Part shown: in pieces, positions 38,603-48,480 of the stretch | Position numbering within the stretch: the stretch's first letter is position 1 | Layout of the letters: each line of letters starts with the position of its first letter | Assembly: GCA_947363605.1 (NCBI GenBank) | Contig: CANAQK010000003.1 | Span: 1,415 to 65,414 of the forward strand | DNA from: an uncultured Clostridia bacterium | GTDB taxonomy: Bacteria > Bacillota > Clostridia > Oscillospirales > Ruminococcaceae | Length of the DNA stretch: 64,000 nucleotides | Direction of reading: 5' to 3' | The notes under the pieces: generated by a model | What the model was told of the DNA's origin: nothing | What the model saw: the letters and a program-made list of their open reading frames with translations, nothing else | Databases searched by the model: none | Program-made: the position numbers and the translations under genes

Positions 38603-39583
38603 ATGAATCAACTGCAAAAAAATCAATTGGATTTTATCAATTTAAGATTCGGGACCTTTATCCATTTCAACAGCGCTACAGTACAGTTCCATACCGGCGA
38701 GATGAAGGACTGGGAATGGGGTCATGAAAACGAAGGGACGCCACGGGAATTCCCCTTCTCCCCTGCGGATTGGAATCCCACCGAGTTGGACTGCAAGCAA
38801 TGGGCTCGGATCGCCAAAGAAGCCGGATGCCGGTTTGCCGCCCTGACGGCCAAGCATCACGAAGGCTTCGCGCTCTGGCCGACTGCGTATTCGGAACACT
38901 GCGTCCGGAACGCGACCTGCAAAACCGATGTCGTCGCTGAATTTTTACAGGCTTTCCGCGAAGAGGGTATCCAAACCGGGCTGTATTTCTCTATCCTGGA
39001 TTTAACGGCAGGGATCGGGCAGCGTTCCTGCACGGCGGAGCAAAAGGCTTTGATCAAGGGCGAGATCACCGAGCTGCTGACGAATTACGGTGAAATTCCC
39101 TTCCTGATTGCAGATGGCTGGAACACGCCCTGGGGCGGCCCTTCGTATGAGATGCTCTCCTTCGAGGAGGTCGATCAGTGGGTCAAAGCCCTTCAGCCCA
39201 ACTGCCTTTTGATGAATATCGGATGCACCGACGGTTTGGCGCAAACGGACATTGTGGTATTCGAAAATGCCGCAGGTCAAGAGGTGGAGGGTGTCTTTGA
39301 AGGCCCGGGGGTCAGCAGTAATAAGTTTACCGATGCCTGGTTCTGGCGGGCATCGGATCCGGCCGCAGAGCTTGCCTCTCCTGATTGGGCTATCCAAAAG
39401 ATGGAGCAATACTTCCCGATGAACATCAACTTTATGCTGAACCTCTCGCCCAATATCCAAGGAAAAATTGATCCCAACTTAGCCAAAGCTTTTAAAGAAA
39501 CCGGTGAAAAGGTCAAATTCCCTAATCCGCTACAGGAATTACCGCAAGGATGGCTGACAAGAGCGTGTGACTCGGTAAGGTAA
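38603..39583 (+). CDS. Alpha-L-fucosidase (GH29)
   Basis: It has RFGTFIHFN and the motif AKHHEGFALWPT. An AGGAGG RBS lies 9 nt before the ATG at 38603. Confidence 0.85.
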   Translation: MNQLQKNQLDFINLRFGTFIHFNSATVQFHTGEMKDWEWGHENEGTPREFPFSPADWNPTELDCKQWARIAKEAGCRFAALTAKHHEGFALWPTAYSEHCVRNATCKTDVVAEFLQAFREEGIQTGLYFSILDLTAGIGQRSCTAEQKALIKGEITELLTNYGEIPFLIADGWNTPWGGPSYEMLSFEEVDQWVKALQPNCLLMNIGCTDGLAQTDIVVFENAAGQEVEGVFEGPGVSSNKFTDAWFWRASDPAAELASPDWAIQKMEQYFPMNINFMLNLSPNIQGKIDPNLAKAFKETGEKVKFPNPLQELPQGWLTRACDSVR

Positions 39584-39686
39584 ATGGCAAGCAGAAAAAA
39601 TACGTTCATGCTGGAAACAAAAACTTTTCCGGCAAGGCATAGGATTGCGTAAAAATACAAATTCATGGACCTGCTCGGCGGACTGC

Positions 39687-39721
39687 AATGGGGGACAAGG
39701 ATAATCCTTGTCCCCCATTTT
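39687..39721. terminator. Bidirectional terminator between convergent genes
   Basis: The hairpin AATGGGGGACAAGGataatCCTTGTCCCCCATTTT has a perfect 14-bp stem. Confidence 0.65.
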
Positions 39722-39842
39722 CACTGTGGATAAAACGATAGCCAACGCCGCAGCTATTTTATCTGTATCAGGCCCGTTTGCTATCCAAATCTATGATTGC
39801 TGCAATCTACCCTTAAAAGTTCTGTGCTCGCTGGCCGTGTTG

Positions 39843-40697
39843 TTACATCATCCCCCGTTTTTCTACCTCAGTAAACGGATTTTCTATCTCAGCAACCTCC
39901 GGACCTCCAATCGCACTGTCCAGCGCAGATTCCGATATTTTTCGCGAAGTGTCTGTAATCAACCCTAAAAACGTCTGGTCATACCGCGAGAAAGCCATAT
40001 TGATAATTTCTCCGTTTTCGCCAATGACGTCCATGGAAATCGTCGGATCGTTTCCGGAATATCCCTGACAGTTGTACTCTACCCTGTCTACCGGGCTATC
40101 CATCAGCTTACATTCCTCTGTTTTCTTCTGGGCAAGCTCCGCATATAGATGATAGTCTTTTTCCAATGCAGCATCATAGTTAAGCGGGACGTTTACATCT
40201 AATTGCCTGCTGTAGCCAATATTAAAAAGTTCTCCCGTCACAGCATCTATCATGTACCCCCATCTTGTACTCTCCGGATTCCGCTCTTTTTCAAACAAAA
40301 CATCTGCTGTCCAAAAAGCCCGGGGAAAGGTTACGGTTCCCGGATTATAGCTCATGTATACATAAGCATTTTCTAAATCCAGCCCCAAAATACTCTTCAG
40401 ATAGTGATTTCCTACTTCAGCCGCTTCCTCCATTGTCAAATCTGTATCCGTAGGCGTTCCGGTATTCAGACTGTCCATACTCACGGAATAATTTACTTTT
40501 TTGCCGCCTTCCTCTTTTGTCTCAGACTTTGGCAGCGCTGTTTTCAGGCTGTTCGAAACCTGATAGCTGGTCGGGATTTTCTCCACCCTTCCATTATCCG
40601 CTGCCAACGCCACTTCTGTCGCTGAATTAAAGATCAGGATTCCTGCACCAATAACAGAAAATGTTACCGCTGTCCATTTTAAAATGTTTTTTTTCAT
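39843..40697 (-). CDS. Secreted or membrane-anchored protein with PepSY-like repeats
   Basis: It has an N-terminal signal/anchor (MKKNILKWTAVTFSVIGAGILIF) and segments like GYMIDAVTGELFNIGY. It lies downstream of the HK/RR pair. The RBS is AAGGAG. Confidence 0.5.
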   Translation of the reverse strand: MKKNILKWTAVTFSVIGAGILIFNSATEVALAADNGRVEKIPTSYQVSNSLKTALPKSETKEEGGKKVNYSVSMDSLNTGTPTDTDLTMEEAAEVGNHYLKSILGLDLENAYVYMSYNPGTVTFPRAFWTADVLFEKERNPESTRWGYMIDAVTGELFNIGYSRQLDVNVPLNYDAALEKDYHLYAELAQKKTEECKLMDSPVDRVEYNCQGYSGNDPTISMDVIGENGEIINMAFSRYDQTFLGLITDTSRKISESALDSAIGGPEVAEIENPFTEVEKRGMM

Positions 40698-40835
40698 AGT
40701 AAAACTCCTTTTTGATTTGTTTTGACAGGTTTTGGTTTGTTTTGATGATAGATACACTATAAAACCTCCCTATATCAAAAAAATATCCATGTTATTGCGG
40801 ACTTGTAAAATGATCCGCTTTTCTATAAAAATTTT

Positions 40836-42239
40836 TCAATATACAGGGAAGGACAGTTTCACGATTGTTCCTGATCCCGGTTCAGAAATAAATGACATAT
40901 CTGCATGATGAATCTGTGCAATTCTTTCGCAGATCGCAAGCCCAAGCCCCGCCCCGCCGACGGCACGGCTCCGCGCCTTATCAACACGATAAAAAGCTTC
41001 CTTAATATGGGATATTTGCTTCATCTCCATGCCGATCCCATGGTCCTCGACTTCCACCACAAGAGCAGATTCCTCTGAAAAAGCAGAGATACGAATTTCG
41101 CCTTCCTCCCGGCTCGCCTTTATAGCATTATCGATCAGGTTATTCATCAATATTAAAAGTTGATCCATATTCCCCTTCACAATATAATTTTGAGGCAAAG
41201 CATAAATCAACCTTATTTTCTTTTCGGACGCCCTCATCTGCATGGCCTTTTCCGACTCCGCAAAAAGTTCCTTCAAGGGACAGTTACTGCTTTCCGCTTC
41301 ATCCCCGCGGAGCAAGGCCATATCAAGAAGCTGGTACGCCATATTTTGGAGCCTGCTGCATTCCGACATGATAAACTGTGTACATTCATAGCGTTCTTCT
41401 TCTGATATAAGCGCTTTTTGGATATATTCTGCATATCCATAAATTGCAGTCAGCGGAATCCGCAGTTCATGAGAAAAATTGTCAATGAATTGCTGTTTCT
41501 GTTCTGCGGCATCCTCAAGCTGCTGAATCTGTTTTTCTATCTGTTCTGCCATCAAATTAAAATTGTGCGCCACACTGGAAATCTCGTCCTTTCCATGGGC
41601 CGGGATCCTGCTGGCATAATTTCCATTTGCAATTTTCGCAGATGTACTGGAAATCTGCCTTAACGGACGAAAAATAATATTCAGGAATTGAAACAGAAAA
41701 AATGACATTATAAGCATTACTACAGCGCCCGCAAGAAAAAGAATATTTTTCGTATGGCGCCATGACTGAATGGTATCACTCAGGTTTCCAATATACATCA
41801 ATCCGTAATCCTGCCACGGAGCCGGAAAGCTTCCATAAACACAGAGAACAGGAGGATTCCCATTTTCCATATAAACCAGCCTTTCCTGGCTGTATCCCGT
41901 ATCCGGCGGAACAAGTATGTTTTCTTCCGCTGCAAATGCAGGACTTTCATAGATCCACTCCCCTGAAAGAGCCACTGCAAGCCCATTTCCTCCTCCTTGC
42001 TGATACCGCGAATATAAACGCATCAGGTTCTCTATATTTTCTTCCACCGGAGTTCCCCTCTGCTCCAACGCCTGCATATCTCCAATCAAAGACGACGCAA
42101 TGACATAATGTTCTGCCAGGCATTTGTCCCGGACAGCGGAAAGTTTGTCCTGTAGGATAACAATTGAAACAACCAGAATCATCGAATTGAGAAACACAAT
42201 AAAAAGAGCCAGTGCAACGAAAAAAATCTTTTTTTTCAT
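40836..42239 (-). CDS. Sensor histidine kinase (2 TM, HAMP, HisKA, HATPase_c)
   Basis: It has the H-box FIDNFSHELRIPLT, the N-box NLIDNAIKAS, and the G-boxes DHGIGM and GGAGLGLAI. Confidence 0.9.
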   Translation of the reverse strand: MKKKIFFVALALFIVFLNSMILVVSIVILQDKLSAVRDKCLAEHYVIASSLIGDMQALEQRGTPVEENIENLMRLYSRYQQGGGNGLAVALSGEWIYESPAFAAEENILVPPDTGYSQERLVYMENGNPPVLCVYGSFPAPWQDYGLMYIGNLSDTIQSWRHTKNILFLAGAVVMLIMSFFLFQFLNIIFRPLRQISSTSAKIANGNYASRIPAHGKDEISSVAHNFNLMAEQIEKQIQQLEDAAEQKQQFIDNFSHELRIPLTAIYGYAEYIQKALISEEERYECTQFIMSECSRLQNMAYQLLDMALLRGDEAESSNCPLKELFAESEKAMQMRASEKKIRLIYALPQNYIVKGNMDQLLILMNNLIDNAIKASREEGEIRISAFSEESALVVEVEDHGIGMEMKQISHIKEAFYRVDKARSRAVGGAGLGLAICERIAQIHHADMSFISEPGSGTIVKLSFPVY

Positions 42240-42889
42240 TCATGAACCTCCAAGCGGTATCCCAGCTTATATACTGTCCTGATCTGATTTTCCAAATGCA
42301 GTTTATGGCGGAGTCTCTGTATATGGACATCCACAGTACGAGTACCTCCATCAAAATCATATCCCCATACCATGTCCAGCAGCTTTTCCCTGGAAAGAGC
42401 AATATTCCGGTTTCGAATCAGCACCTCCAACAGCTCGTATTCTTTGGGCGTACATTCGACAGCTGTTTCATTCAGAAAAACCTGATGCCTGTCAAAATCG
42501 CATTTCAAATCACCCATCCTAAATTCTGATTCAACTTTTTTTGTCCGCCGCAGTACTGCTTCCACCCTTGCCGCCAGTTCCAGCATCTGAAACGGTTTTG
42601 TCAGATAATCATCCGCCCCCATCGCCAGCCCTTTCAGCTTATCAGACAATTCACTTTTCGCTGTCAGAAAAATGGTCGCTGTTCCCAAAGCTCTTTCGAA
42701 CACCTGATAACCGTCCAGCCCAGGAAGCATAATATCCAATACAACCAAATCAAACTTTCCATTTTCCAGCAATGCGGCTGCCGATAATCCGTCGAAAGCC
42801 TGCGTACAATGATGCCCTGTAAGGCTTAAATTTTTGCGTATCAATTCATTAATGGACAATTCATCCTCTACAATTAATATTTCAGCCAA
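42236..42889 (-). CDS. OmpR-family response regulator
   Basis: It has a receiver domain (ILIVEDE...DLVVLDIMLPGLDG) and a winged helix (REKLLDMVWGYDFDGGTRTVDVHIQRLRHKL). Its stop overlaps the HK start. Confidence 0.93.
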   Translation of the reverse strand: MAEILIVEDELSINELIRKNLSLTGHHCTQAFDGLSAAALLENGKFDLVVLDIMLPGLDGYQVFERALGTATIFLTAKSELSDKLKGLAMGADDYLTKPFQMLELAARVEAVLRRTKKVESEFRMGDLKCDFDRHQVFLNETAVECTPKEYELLEVLIRNRNIALSREKLLDMVWGYDFDGGTRTVDVHIQRLRHKLHLENQIRTVYKLGYRLEVHE

Positions 42890-43172
42890 TTTTTACACTT
42901 CCTTTCAAATAAAAAAAGTATATCTCAAAAATATTTCTAACTTGTAAATAATATTAAAATCGTCCTTTATATAAAAACAAGAAAAAGCGGCATCGCCCCT
43001 TGCAGCTGGGACTATACCGCCTGATCAAATTATTTTCTTGTAACTGAAAATCCTTGAATTTTAAGGCTTTTTCGCCATTTGTCATATCGGAAGATACTTG
43101 GCATATCTTGGCGCTTCTCGGCATAATTTTGAATCCAAAAGTAGTACGGCGGCAGTAAAACCACCAATTCGG

Positions 43173-43360
43173 TTATGCCGCCAGACGCTCCATTTCAGCC
43201 TTTGCGGAATCGTAAGTCGCATGGGCGCAATAATTCAGCATCATCGTGATGTTGGCGTGTCCCATGATATACTGCAATACCTTGGGATTCAGCCTGCGTT
43301 TCCTAACCGCGTGCAGAATATGTGCCCCTATGGTATAATAAGCGCATATCGGAAAACCTC
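43173..43360 (-). pseudogene. Degraded 3' remnant of a tyrosine recombinase/integrase gene
   Basis: The minus-strand translation is NPKVLQYIMGHANITMMLNYCAHATYDSAKAEMERLAA-stop. The preceding box HIFCTRLGNAG is in a different frame and an in-frame stop lies upstream. No N-terminal part is present. Confidence 0.7.
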
Positions 43361-43417
43361 TCGGCTATGTAAATATTATTTGCTCCCAATCACATTTAAT
43401 CGACAACCTAAAATCTA

Positions 43418-43975
43418 TCAATGCCATTCCTTTTTCAGAATAGCATACTGACAAGTATTTTCATATCGTGGCGCTCCATCGGGGTTATTTACGAACGATA
43501 CAAATTCAACAAACAAGCCCTCTCGGCGCATACCGAGTTTTTCACACAAACGCTGACTTGACAGGTTATAATCCTCCACATAGGCATAAATACGCCTTGC
43601 GTCTTTTTTACTGAACAGGTAATCAAAAAAAGCGTGCGCCGCCTCAAAAGCATAACCTTTCCCTTGATAATCAACATTCAGCATCCAACAGGGACTAAAT
43701 GTATCACGAACCGAATTTTCATCAGCGTGCGGCTCTCTTGTTTCCGGGTATGCGTCTATTTCCCCGATCACTTTACCCGAGTCTTTAAGCGCAATTGCAA
43801 AATAATACTCTGTTTCATTTATGCGTTTTTTCAGTTCCTCTTTTGCTTCATCAACAGAGCTCAGCTTCATGCAGGCAAAACAATTAGCCGCCGGTTCTTT
43901 AAGATACTCATATACATCTTCTGAATCGTACTCTGTAAAAGGACGCAAAATCAATCTTTCGGTTTCAATTATCAC
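43418..43975 (-). CDS. GNAT family N-acetyltransferase (RimJ/RimL-like)
   Basis: It has TERLILRPFTEYD...GKVIGEIDAY...QGKGYAFEAAHAFFDYLF. It has a GTG start and a GGGAGG RBS. Confidence 0.88.
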   Translation of the reverse strand: MIIETERLILRPFTEYDSEDVYEYLKEPAANCFACMKLSSVDEAKEELKKRINETEYYFAIALKDSGKVIGEIDAYPETREPHADENSVRDTFSPCWMLNVDYQGKGYAFEAAHAFFDYLFSKKDARRIYAYVEDYNLSSQRLCEKLGMRREGLFVEFVSFVNNPDGAPRYENTCQYAILKKEWH

Positions 43976-44017
43976 AATCTTATCCTCCCTGCTGTTTCAG
44001 TAAATTCACGATTGTAC

Positions 44018-44203
44018 TTAGGGCAGCCAAGCCGTTGCAGGCTTGCAGGCTTCGATACATAAATCAACATCGTTGCGGTATAGTTTGCGCCTGACCTGAT
44101 ATTTGCTGAAAAGCCCCGAAAGTTGCTTGCCTGTCGGGCGCTTCGCCAGCTTGTATTGCCCGGCACAGTAAATCATAAATTCCCCTTGCTTGCTCATACC
44201 CAT
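44018..44203 (-). CDS. Small hypothetical protein (61 aa), possibly a truncated DUF3791-like protein
   Basis: The ORF has a GAGGA RBS. The N-terminus EFMIYCAGQYKLAKRPTGKQLSGLFSKYQV resembles DUF3791 proteins from memory only. Confidence 0.3.
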   Translation of the reverse strand: MGMSKQGEFMIYCAGQYKLAKRPTGKQLSGLFSKYQVRRKLYRNDVDLCIEACKPATAWLP

Positions 44204-44206
44204 AAT

Positions 44207-44714
44207 TTAATAATCCTCGTCCAACAGAAAATCTGCCAAATGCACGGTTTTAACACCGTTGATATTGCCCGCCGCAAGCTCATCGAGCGTTACGATATAT
44301 TTCGGGTAGTGATCCTTGGTTTCAAGCAGATTGGCCGCCCCGCGGTCGGATTCTTCAGGCAGATTGCGGCACACCTGCACATAGATTCGTTCGTCACGCC
44401 GTACCGCCAAAAAGTCAATTTCTTTCGTTCCGTTTTTTCCTATATAGACCTCATAGCCCTTTCTGCGAAGCTCAAAATACACAATATCTTCCAGCATTGC
44501 GGCAACGGATTTTGGATTAAAGCCCATCATGCAGTATTTCAGCGAAGCGTCTGCCAGATAGAATTTTCCCTGCGTTTTCAGCACGGATTTTCTCGCCGTA
44601 GTGGGCGCGCAGAGAAGCCATGATTTCCTTTGCCTCGTTGGTGCGGTTGTATACCAGCTTTATTCGTTTGCTTTTGAATAGATACTAAACAGCTGCTGAT
44701 ACAGAATAAATCAT
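44207..44714 (-). pseudogene. Decayed AAA-ATPase/DUF4143-family gene (only the C-terminal domain is intact)
   Basis: An RBS and an ATG at 44714 are followed by a stop after 9 codons and by frame changes. The 125-aa ORF at 44207-44584 matches only the C-terminal DUF4143-like part (KFYLADASL...EIDFLAVRRDERIYVQV). Confidence 0.55.
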
Positions 44715-44775
44715 TTGTCTTCCTCTATTCATTTTATTGCTTTATTCCAATAATCTGCGGATTTTCAGTACGGGG

Positions 44776-45237
44776 CTACCGTTTTGCGACAGGAAAAAAC
44801 AACTTGTTCTTTCCTGTTTGCGGACAGATGAAATCATGCACAGCGCCTGCTAACGAAAGATCCTGTTCTTTTAAATAATGGAGCATTTCCGAAAACGTAT
44901 TCCCATTTTCACGCTCCACCACTTTATATTCAGAACCGGGAACCATCCATTTCACCCAGCCTTCAGGAGCTTCCGCCCCTTCTTCACACTCTGCCCCTGC
45001 TAAATAAAGGCCTTTGCTGAAATCCTCCCAGGGCTGAAAGGAACGGGAAAAATCGGACATCACTCCCCATATCCCGACCAGATTTCCATCGGAATCCTTC
45101 TTGGCCAAATGCTGAATTTCCTCAAAATGAGAATTGGCATCTTCCCAAAGCCGCTGGATGAATCCCTCCCCTTCAGCAGTCGAGCCTTCTTTTCCAATCA
45201 CAATAAACGGCCCCTTTTGTTGTGTTTCAATCTGCAT
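44776..45237 (-). CDS. GyrI-like small-molecule-binding domain protein
   Basis: It has PFIVIGKEGSTAEGEGFIQRLWEDANSHF...GWVKWMVPGSEYKV. The RBS is AAGGAGGAG. Confidence 0.78.
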   Translation of the reverse strand: MQIETQQKGPFIVIGKEGSTAEGEGFIQRLWEDANSHFEEIQHLAKKDSDGNLVGIWGVMSDFSRSFQPWEDFSKGLYLAGAECEEGAEAPEGWVKWMVPGSEYKVVERENGNTFSEMLHYLKEQDLSLAGAVHDFICPQTGKNKLFFPVAKR

Positions 45238-45368
45238 CCTATTCTCCTCCTTGATCCGGTCTATTTTTTTTATTATAGTGTGAACCATACCTATTGTAAA
45301 GACAGTACGGGCAAATTTTACCGCTTTCCGACAGCGGTCTAAACCGGATGGAGGCCAGCAGAGTTCTT

Positions 45369-46370
45369 CTAATTCCGATAATCAATATCCTGTGCATCAC
45401 CCAATCCGAAACATTCCATTTCCCGCCCTTCAGGTAAAAGACGGATAGCTGAAATGCGGCGGTTCCAGGCAGGAGAAAAATAATACACACCGCTCTCCGC
45501 ACACATCACGCTGATGCAAAGGGTCTGCTCATAATCGTCGGAGTCCACAGCCGCCCTGGCCAGCCCTTCCGGAATATCCACTGGGGCAAAAGCCCGGAAC
45601 ATCCGGGATACCCCGTCCAGCTCATCCTTTCCCCGGATGGCGAATTCTTTCATAAACGCCATCCGGACAAACCGGGAAGGAGAGGAATAATCCCCCGGCA
45701 GACCGAAACCGCCCCCCAGCCGTTCGCTGAAGGCCCGGATCTCATGTCCTGCAATCTGCTGGGGGGCTTTCGGCAAATTGGTAACGCCTGCATAATTCCG
45801 CAGATTATCCTGGTGCCATCCATAATTTGGGCTGTTGGTCAGCACACCAATCGTGTCCCGGTGAATATGCAGGCCCTCCCTGTCCGGCTCAATAATTACC
45901 GCTTCCCCCGTTCGGTCGCTCAGGATATAATGGGCTTGCAGCGGCTTGCCCTGGATCGGTTCATCCACCAAGGCAATACGGGATAACGCCTGGATACTCT
46001 CCCCCACCCCGGCACATTGGCTGAGCAGATAGGCCAGCAGACGCCCCGGATGGACAGCCGTCTGACCGGTTTCGACCGATTGGGGATAAACTGCATATTC
46101 CGGATAATGAAGAAGGGCTCCCATCAAACCGGCACGATTCACTCCATCCACCAAAACAGGTTCCCCGAACCCCAAAACCGCCATCCCTGTATATCCGTAC
46201 CGGCCTGGTAAATCCCCATTCCCTGGACGAAGCCCCGGAGCACAGGAAAGGCTCTGCGGGATCTGGATCACCTGGTTGGTTTTTAAATCACCGAACTGGT
46301 CATACGTCCTTCCTAAAAGGTGCAGGCCACCCTTTGTTTCCCATGAAAAACTGCTGCATCCAAATTCCAT
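45369..46370 (-). CDS. Choloylglycine hydrolase family protein (bile salt hydrolase / penicillin V acylase-like Ntn hydrolase)
   Basis: The N-terminus is MEFG-CSSF, which includes the nucleophile Cys. It also has LLGRTYD and VLTNSPNYGWH. The RBS is AAGGAGG. Confidence 0.88.
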   Translation of the reverse strand: MEFGCSSFSWETKGGLHLLGRTYDQFGDLKTNQVIQIPQSLSCAPGLRPGNGDLPGRYGYTGMAVLGFGEPVLVDGVNRAGLMGALLHYPEYAVYPQSVETGQTAVHPGRLLAYLLSQCAGVGESIQALSRIALVDEPIQGKPLQAHYILSDRTGEAVIIEPDREGLHIHRDTIGVLTNSPNYGWHQDNLRNYAGVTNLPKAPQQIAGHEIRAFSERLGGGFGLPGDYSSPSRFVRMAFMKEFAIRGKDELDGVSRMFRAFAPVDIPEGLARAAVDSDDYEQTLCISVMCAESGVYYFSPAWNRRISAIRLLPEGREMECFGLGDAQDIDYRN

Positions 46371-46612
46371 ATTCGCAGCCTCCTTTTTGACTCTATTTTT
46401 CCCTTTTGATTTCCCGATCATACCGGAAAGAGCAGTTATCGTACCTTTTCCGCCAAAACCATACAACTTCCACAGGGATCCTCTATGATTCAACAGATGG
46501 CTTTCCTCCAGTTGTTTTCCTGTATTTCCTATTTTATCCTCTCATTTTATGGAATTTTGTAATTTTCTATAAAATACTTTGAAGGTATAGAAAAAATATT
46601 TTGCAAAATGAA

Positions 46613-46641
46613 TTGAAATTTGTAAAATCTTATAGTATAAT
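46613..46641 (+). promoter_or_regulatory. Candidate sigma-A promoter of the MCP gene
   Basis: TTGAAA, a 17-nt spacer, then TATAAT. Confidence 0.6.
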
Positions 46642-46700
46642 GAGTAAATAAACAAAAGCTATGATCAACAGACAAAACACTGATCGGAGGACACATCCCC

Positions 46701-48404
46701 ATGAAGCAAGCCATAAAACAATCCACCATGAGTCTGATTCTGAATATTATTTCGATCATTTTTCTTGGAGGAGTCGCCGTTTCTTTCTTTTTCAATACAT
46801 ATTATAACAACAAAATCAACCAGGCCAATGAAGACCGCTACTACCTTACCTATTACGCCAATCAGTTTATGAACGGTTCCTCCACTCTGACCAGCGAGGT
46901 ACGGGCTTACGCTGCCACGGCGGATCAAACCCATTACAATAATTACTGGTATGAAGTCAACACCGCTAAAAACCGGGATATCGGTGTTGAAAAAATGCGC
47001 GAAATCGGAATTACCTCTGAAGAAGAAACAATGATCAGCCAAATGTCTTCTCTCTCAAATGAACTGGTTCCATTGGAGGAAAATGCCATGGAAACGGCTG
47101 CCCGGGATCCGAAAGCCGCGATGGATTACGTTTTCGGTACAGAATATTCCAATACAATCGCTCAGATCAACCAGTTGAAGTCGGACTTCCTGAGCAGGTT
47201 GGACAGCCGCTCGACAGCAGAAGTAATGCGGCTGAATACATTGTGTATTGTAACCAGCATCCTCGTCTTTGTCTTTTTGGTCGGGCTGGTTGTTGCTATG
47301 ACCATCCAAAGCCGGATGATCCGCCGTAAGCTGATCCACCCGATTATCCAAATTGATAAGGAAATGCGGGAAATTGCCCAGGGGAACCTTTCCTCCAATT
47401 TTGATTTGGAACCGGACACTTCTGAAATTGGGATGCTGATCTATTCGATCCATTCGACAAAAGCAGAGCTAAAAAAATATATCGACGATATTTCCTGGAT
47501 GCTCTCCCAGATGGCCCAGGGCAATATGAACCTGGAACCCAAGATCCGCTATATCGGCGATTTTGAATCCATCCAGGCATCCCTGGAAACTATTTTAAAC
47601 TCCCTGAATCACACGATCAGCCGTATTGATATCTCCTCCGCGCAAGTCTTTGCCCATGCAGACCAGGTTTCTTCCGGTGCACAATCTCTGGCGCAAGGTG
47701 CTACGGAACAGGCAAGTACAATCAGCGAGCTTTCGTCTACCATTAGCGATTTGACAGAACGCATGAATGATATCGCAGAAAATGCGAAAAAGGCACAGGA
47801 TGTCAGCCTGGAAGCAGCCGGCAACCTGAATATAGGCAACCAGAAAATGCAGGATATGCACCAAGCGATGGAAGAAATCTCCAATTCCTCCCAGGAAATT
47901 GGAAAAATTATCAAAACGATTGAGGATATCGCTTTCCAAACCAACATCCTTGCATTGAATGCGGCAGTGGAAGCTGCCAGAGCCGGAGCGGCCGGCAAAG
48001 GCTTTGCCGTAGTTGCAGATGAGGTCCGTCAGCTTGCCAACAAGAGCCAGGAAGCTTCTCATCAGACGACGCTCCTGATCGAAACCAGCACCCGCGCTGT
48101 ACAGGAAGGCGTTACATTGGCGCAGGATACCGTGCAGACGCTCAATGTTGTGGTAGAAGGTGCCCGCCAGTCTGTCGAGTTTGTTGAAGCCATCGCTCTT
48201 GACTCGGATCAGCAGGCGCAGGCGCTCCGTCAAGCAAATATCGGCGTAGACCAAATCGCTGAAGTTATCCAAACCAACTCGGCTACCGCTGAACAAAGCG
48301 CCGCCGCAAGTGAAGAGCTTTCCGCACAGGCAGGCCAGCTGAAGGAACTCGTTAACGCATTCCAGCTCCGTCCCCGGCAACCCGAGTATTCAAAAACCCG
48401 ATAA
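46701..48404 (+). CDS. Methyl-accepting chemotaxis protein
   Basis: It has 2 TM helices, a HAMP domain, and the conserved signalling hairpin [40 protein letters not shown]. Confidence 0.93.
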   Translation: MKQAIKQSTMSLILNIISIIFLGGVAVSFFFNTYYNNKINQANEDRYYLTYYANQFMNGSSTLTSEVRAYAATADQTHYNNYWYEVNTAKNRDIGVEKMREIGITSEEETMISQMSSLSNELVPLEENAMETAARDPKAAMDYVFGTEYSNTIAQINQLKSDFLSRLDSRSTAEVMRLNTLCIVTSILVFVFLVGLVVAMTIQSRMIRRKLIHPIIQIDKEMREIAQGNLSSNFDLEPDTSEIGMLIYSIHSTKAELKKYIDDISWMLSQMAQGNMNLEPKIRYIGDFESIQASLETILNSLNHTISRIDISSAQVFAHADQVSSGAQSLAQGATEQASTISELSSTISDLTERMNDIAENAKKAQDVSLEAAGNLNIGNQKMQDMHQAMEEISNSSQEIGKIIKTIEDIAFQTNILALNAAVEAARAGAAGKGFAVVADEVRQLANKSQEASHQTTLLIETSTRAVQEGVTLAQDTVQTLNVVVEGARQSVEFVEAIALDSDQQAQALRQANIGVDQIAEVIQTNSATAEQSAAASEELSAQAGQLKELVNAFQLRPRQPEYSKTR

Positions 48405-48430
48405 ACGATTGAAACTCTTTAAAACTGATA

Positions 48431-48480
48431 AAAAGCTGTTAGATTTTTCAATAGAAAAATCTAACAGCTTTTCTGTTTTT
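48431..48480. terminator. Bidirectional terminator between the MCP and AraC genes
   Basis: AAAAGCTGTTAGATTTTTcaatagAAAAATCTAACAGCTTTT is followed by ctgtttttt. Confidence 0.65.

Noticed and set aside
43098-43451. A 117-aa plus-strand ORF in the spacer between the response regulator and the GNAT gene.
   Set aside because: It lies antisense to a recognisable integrase C-terminal remnant, overlaps the GNAT 3' end, and has no motifs or RBS.
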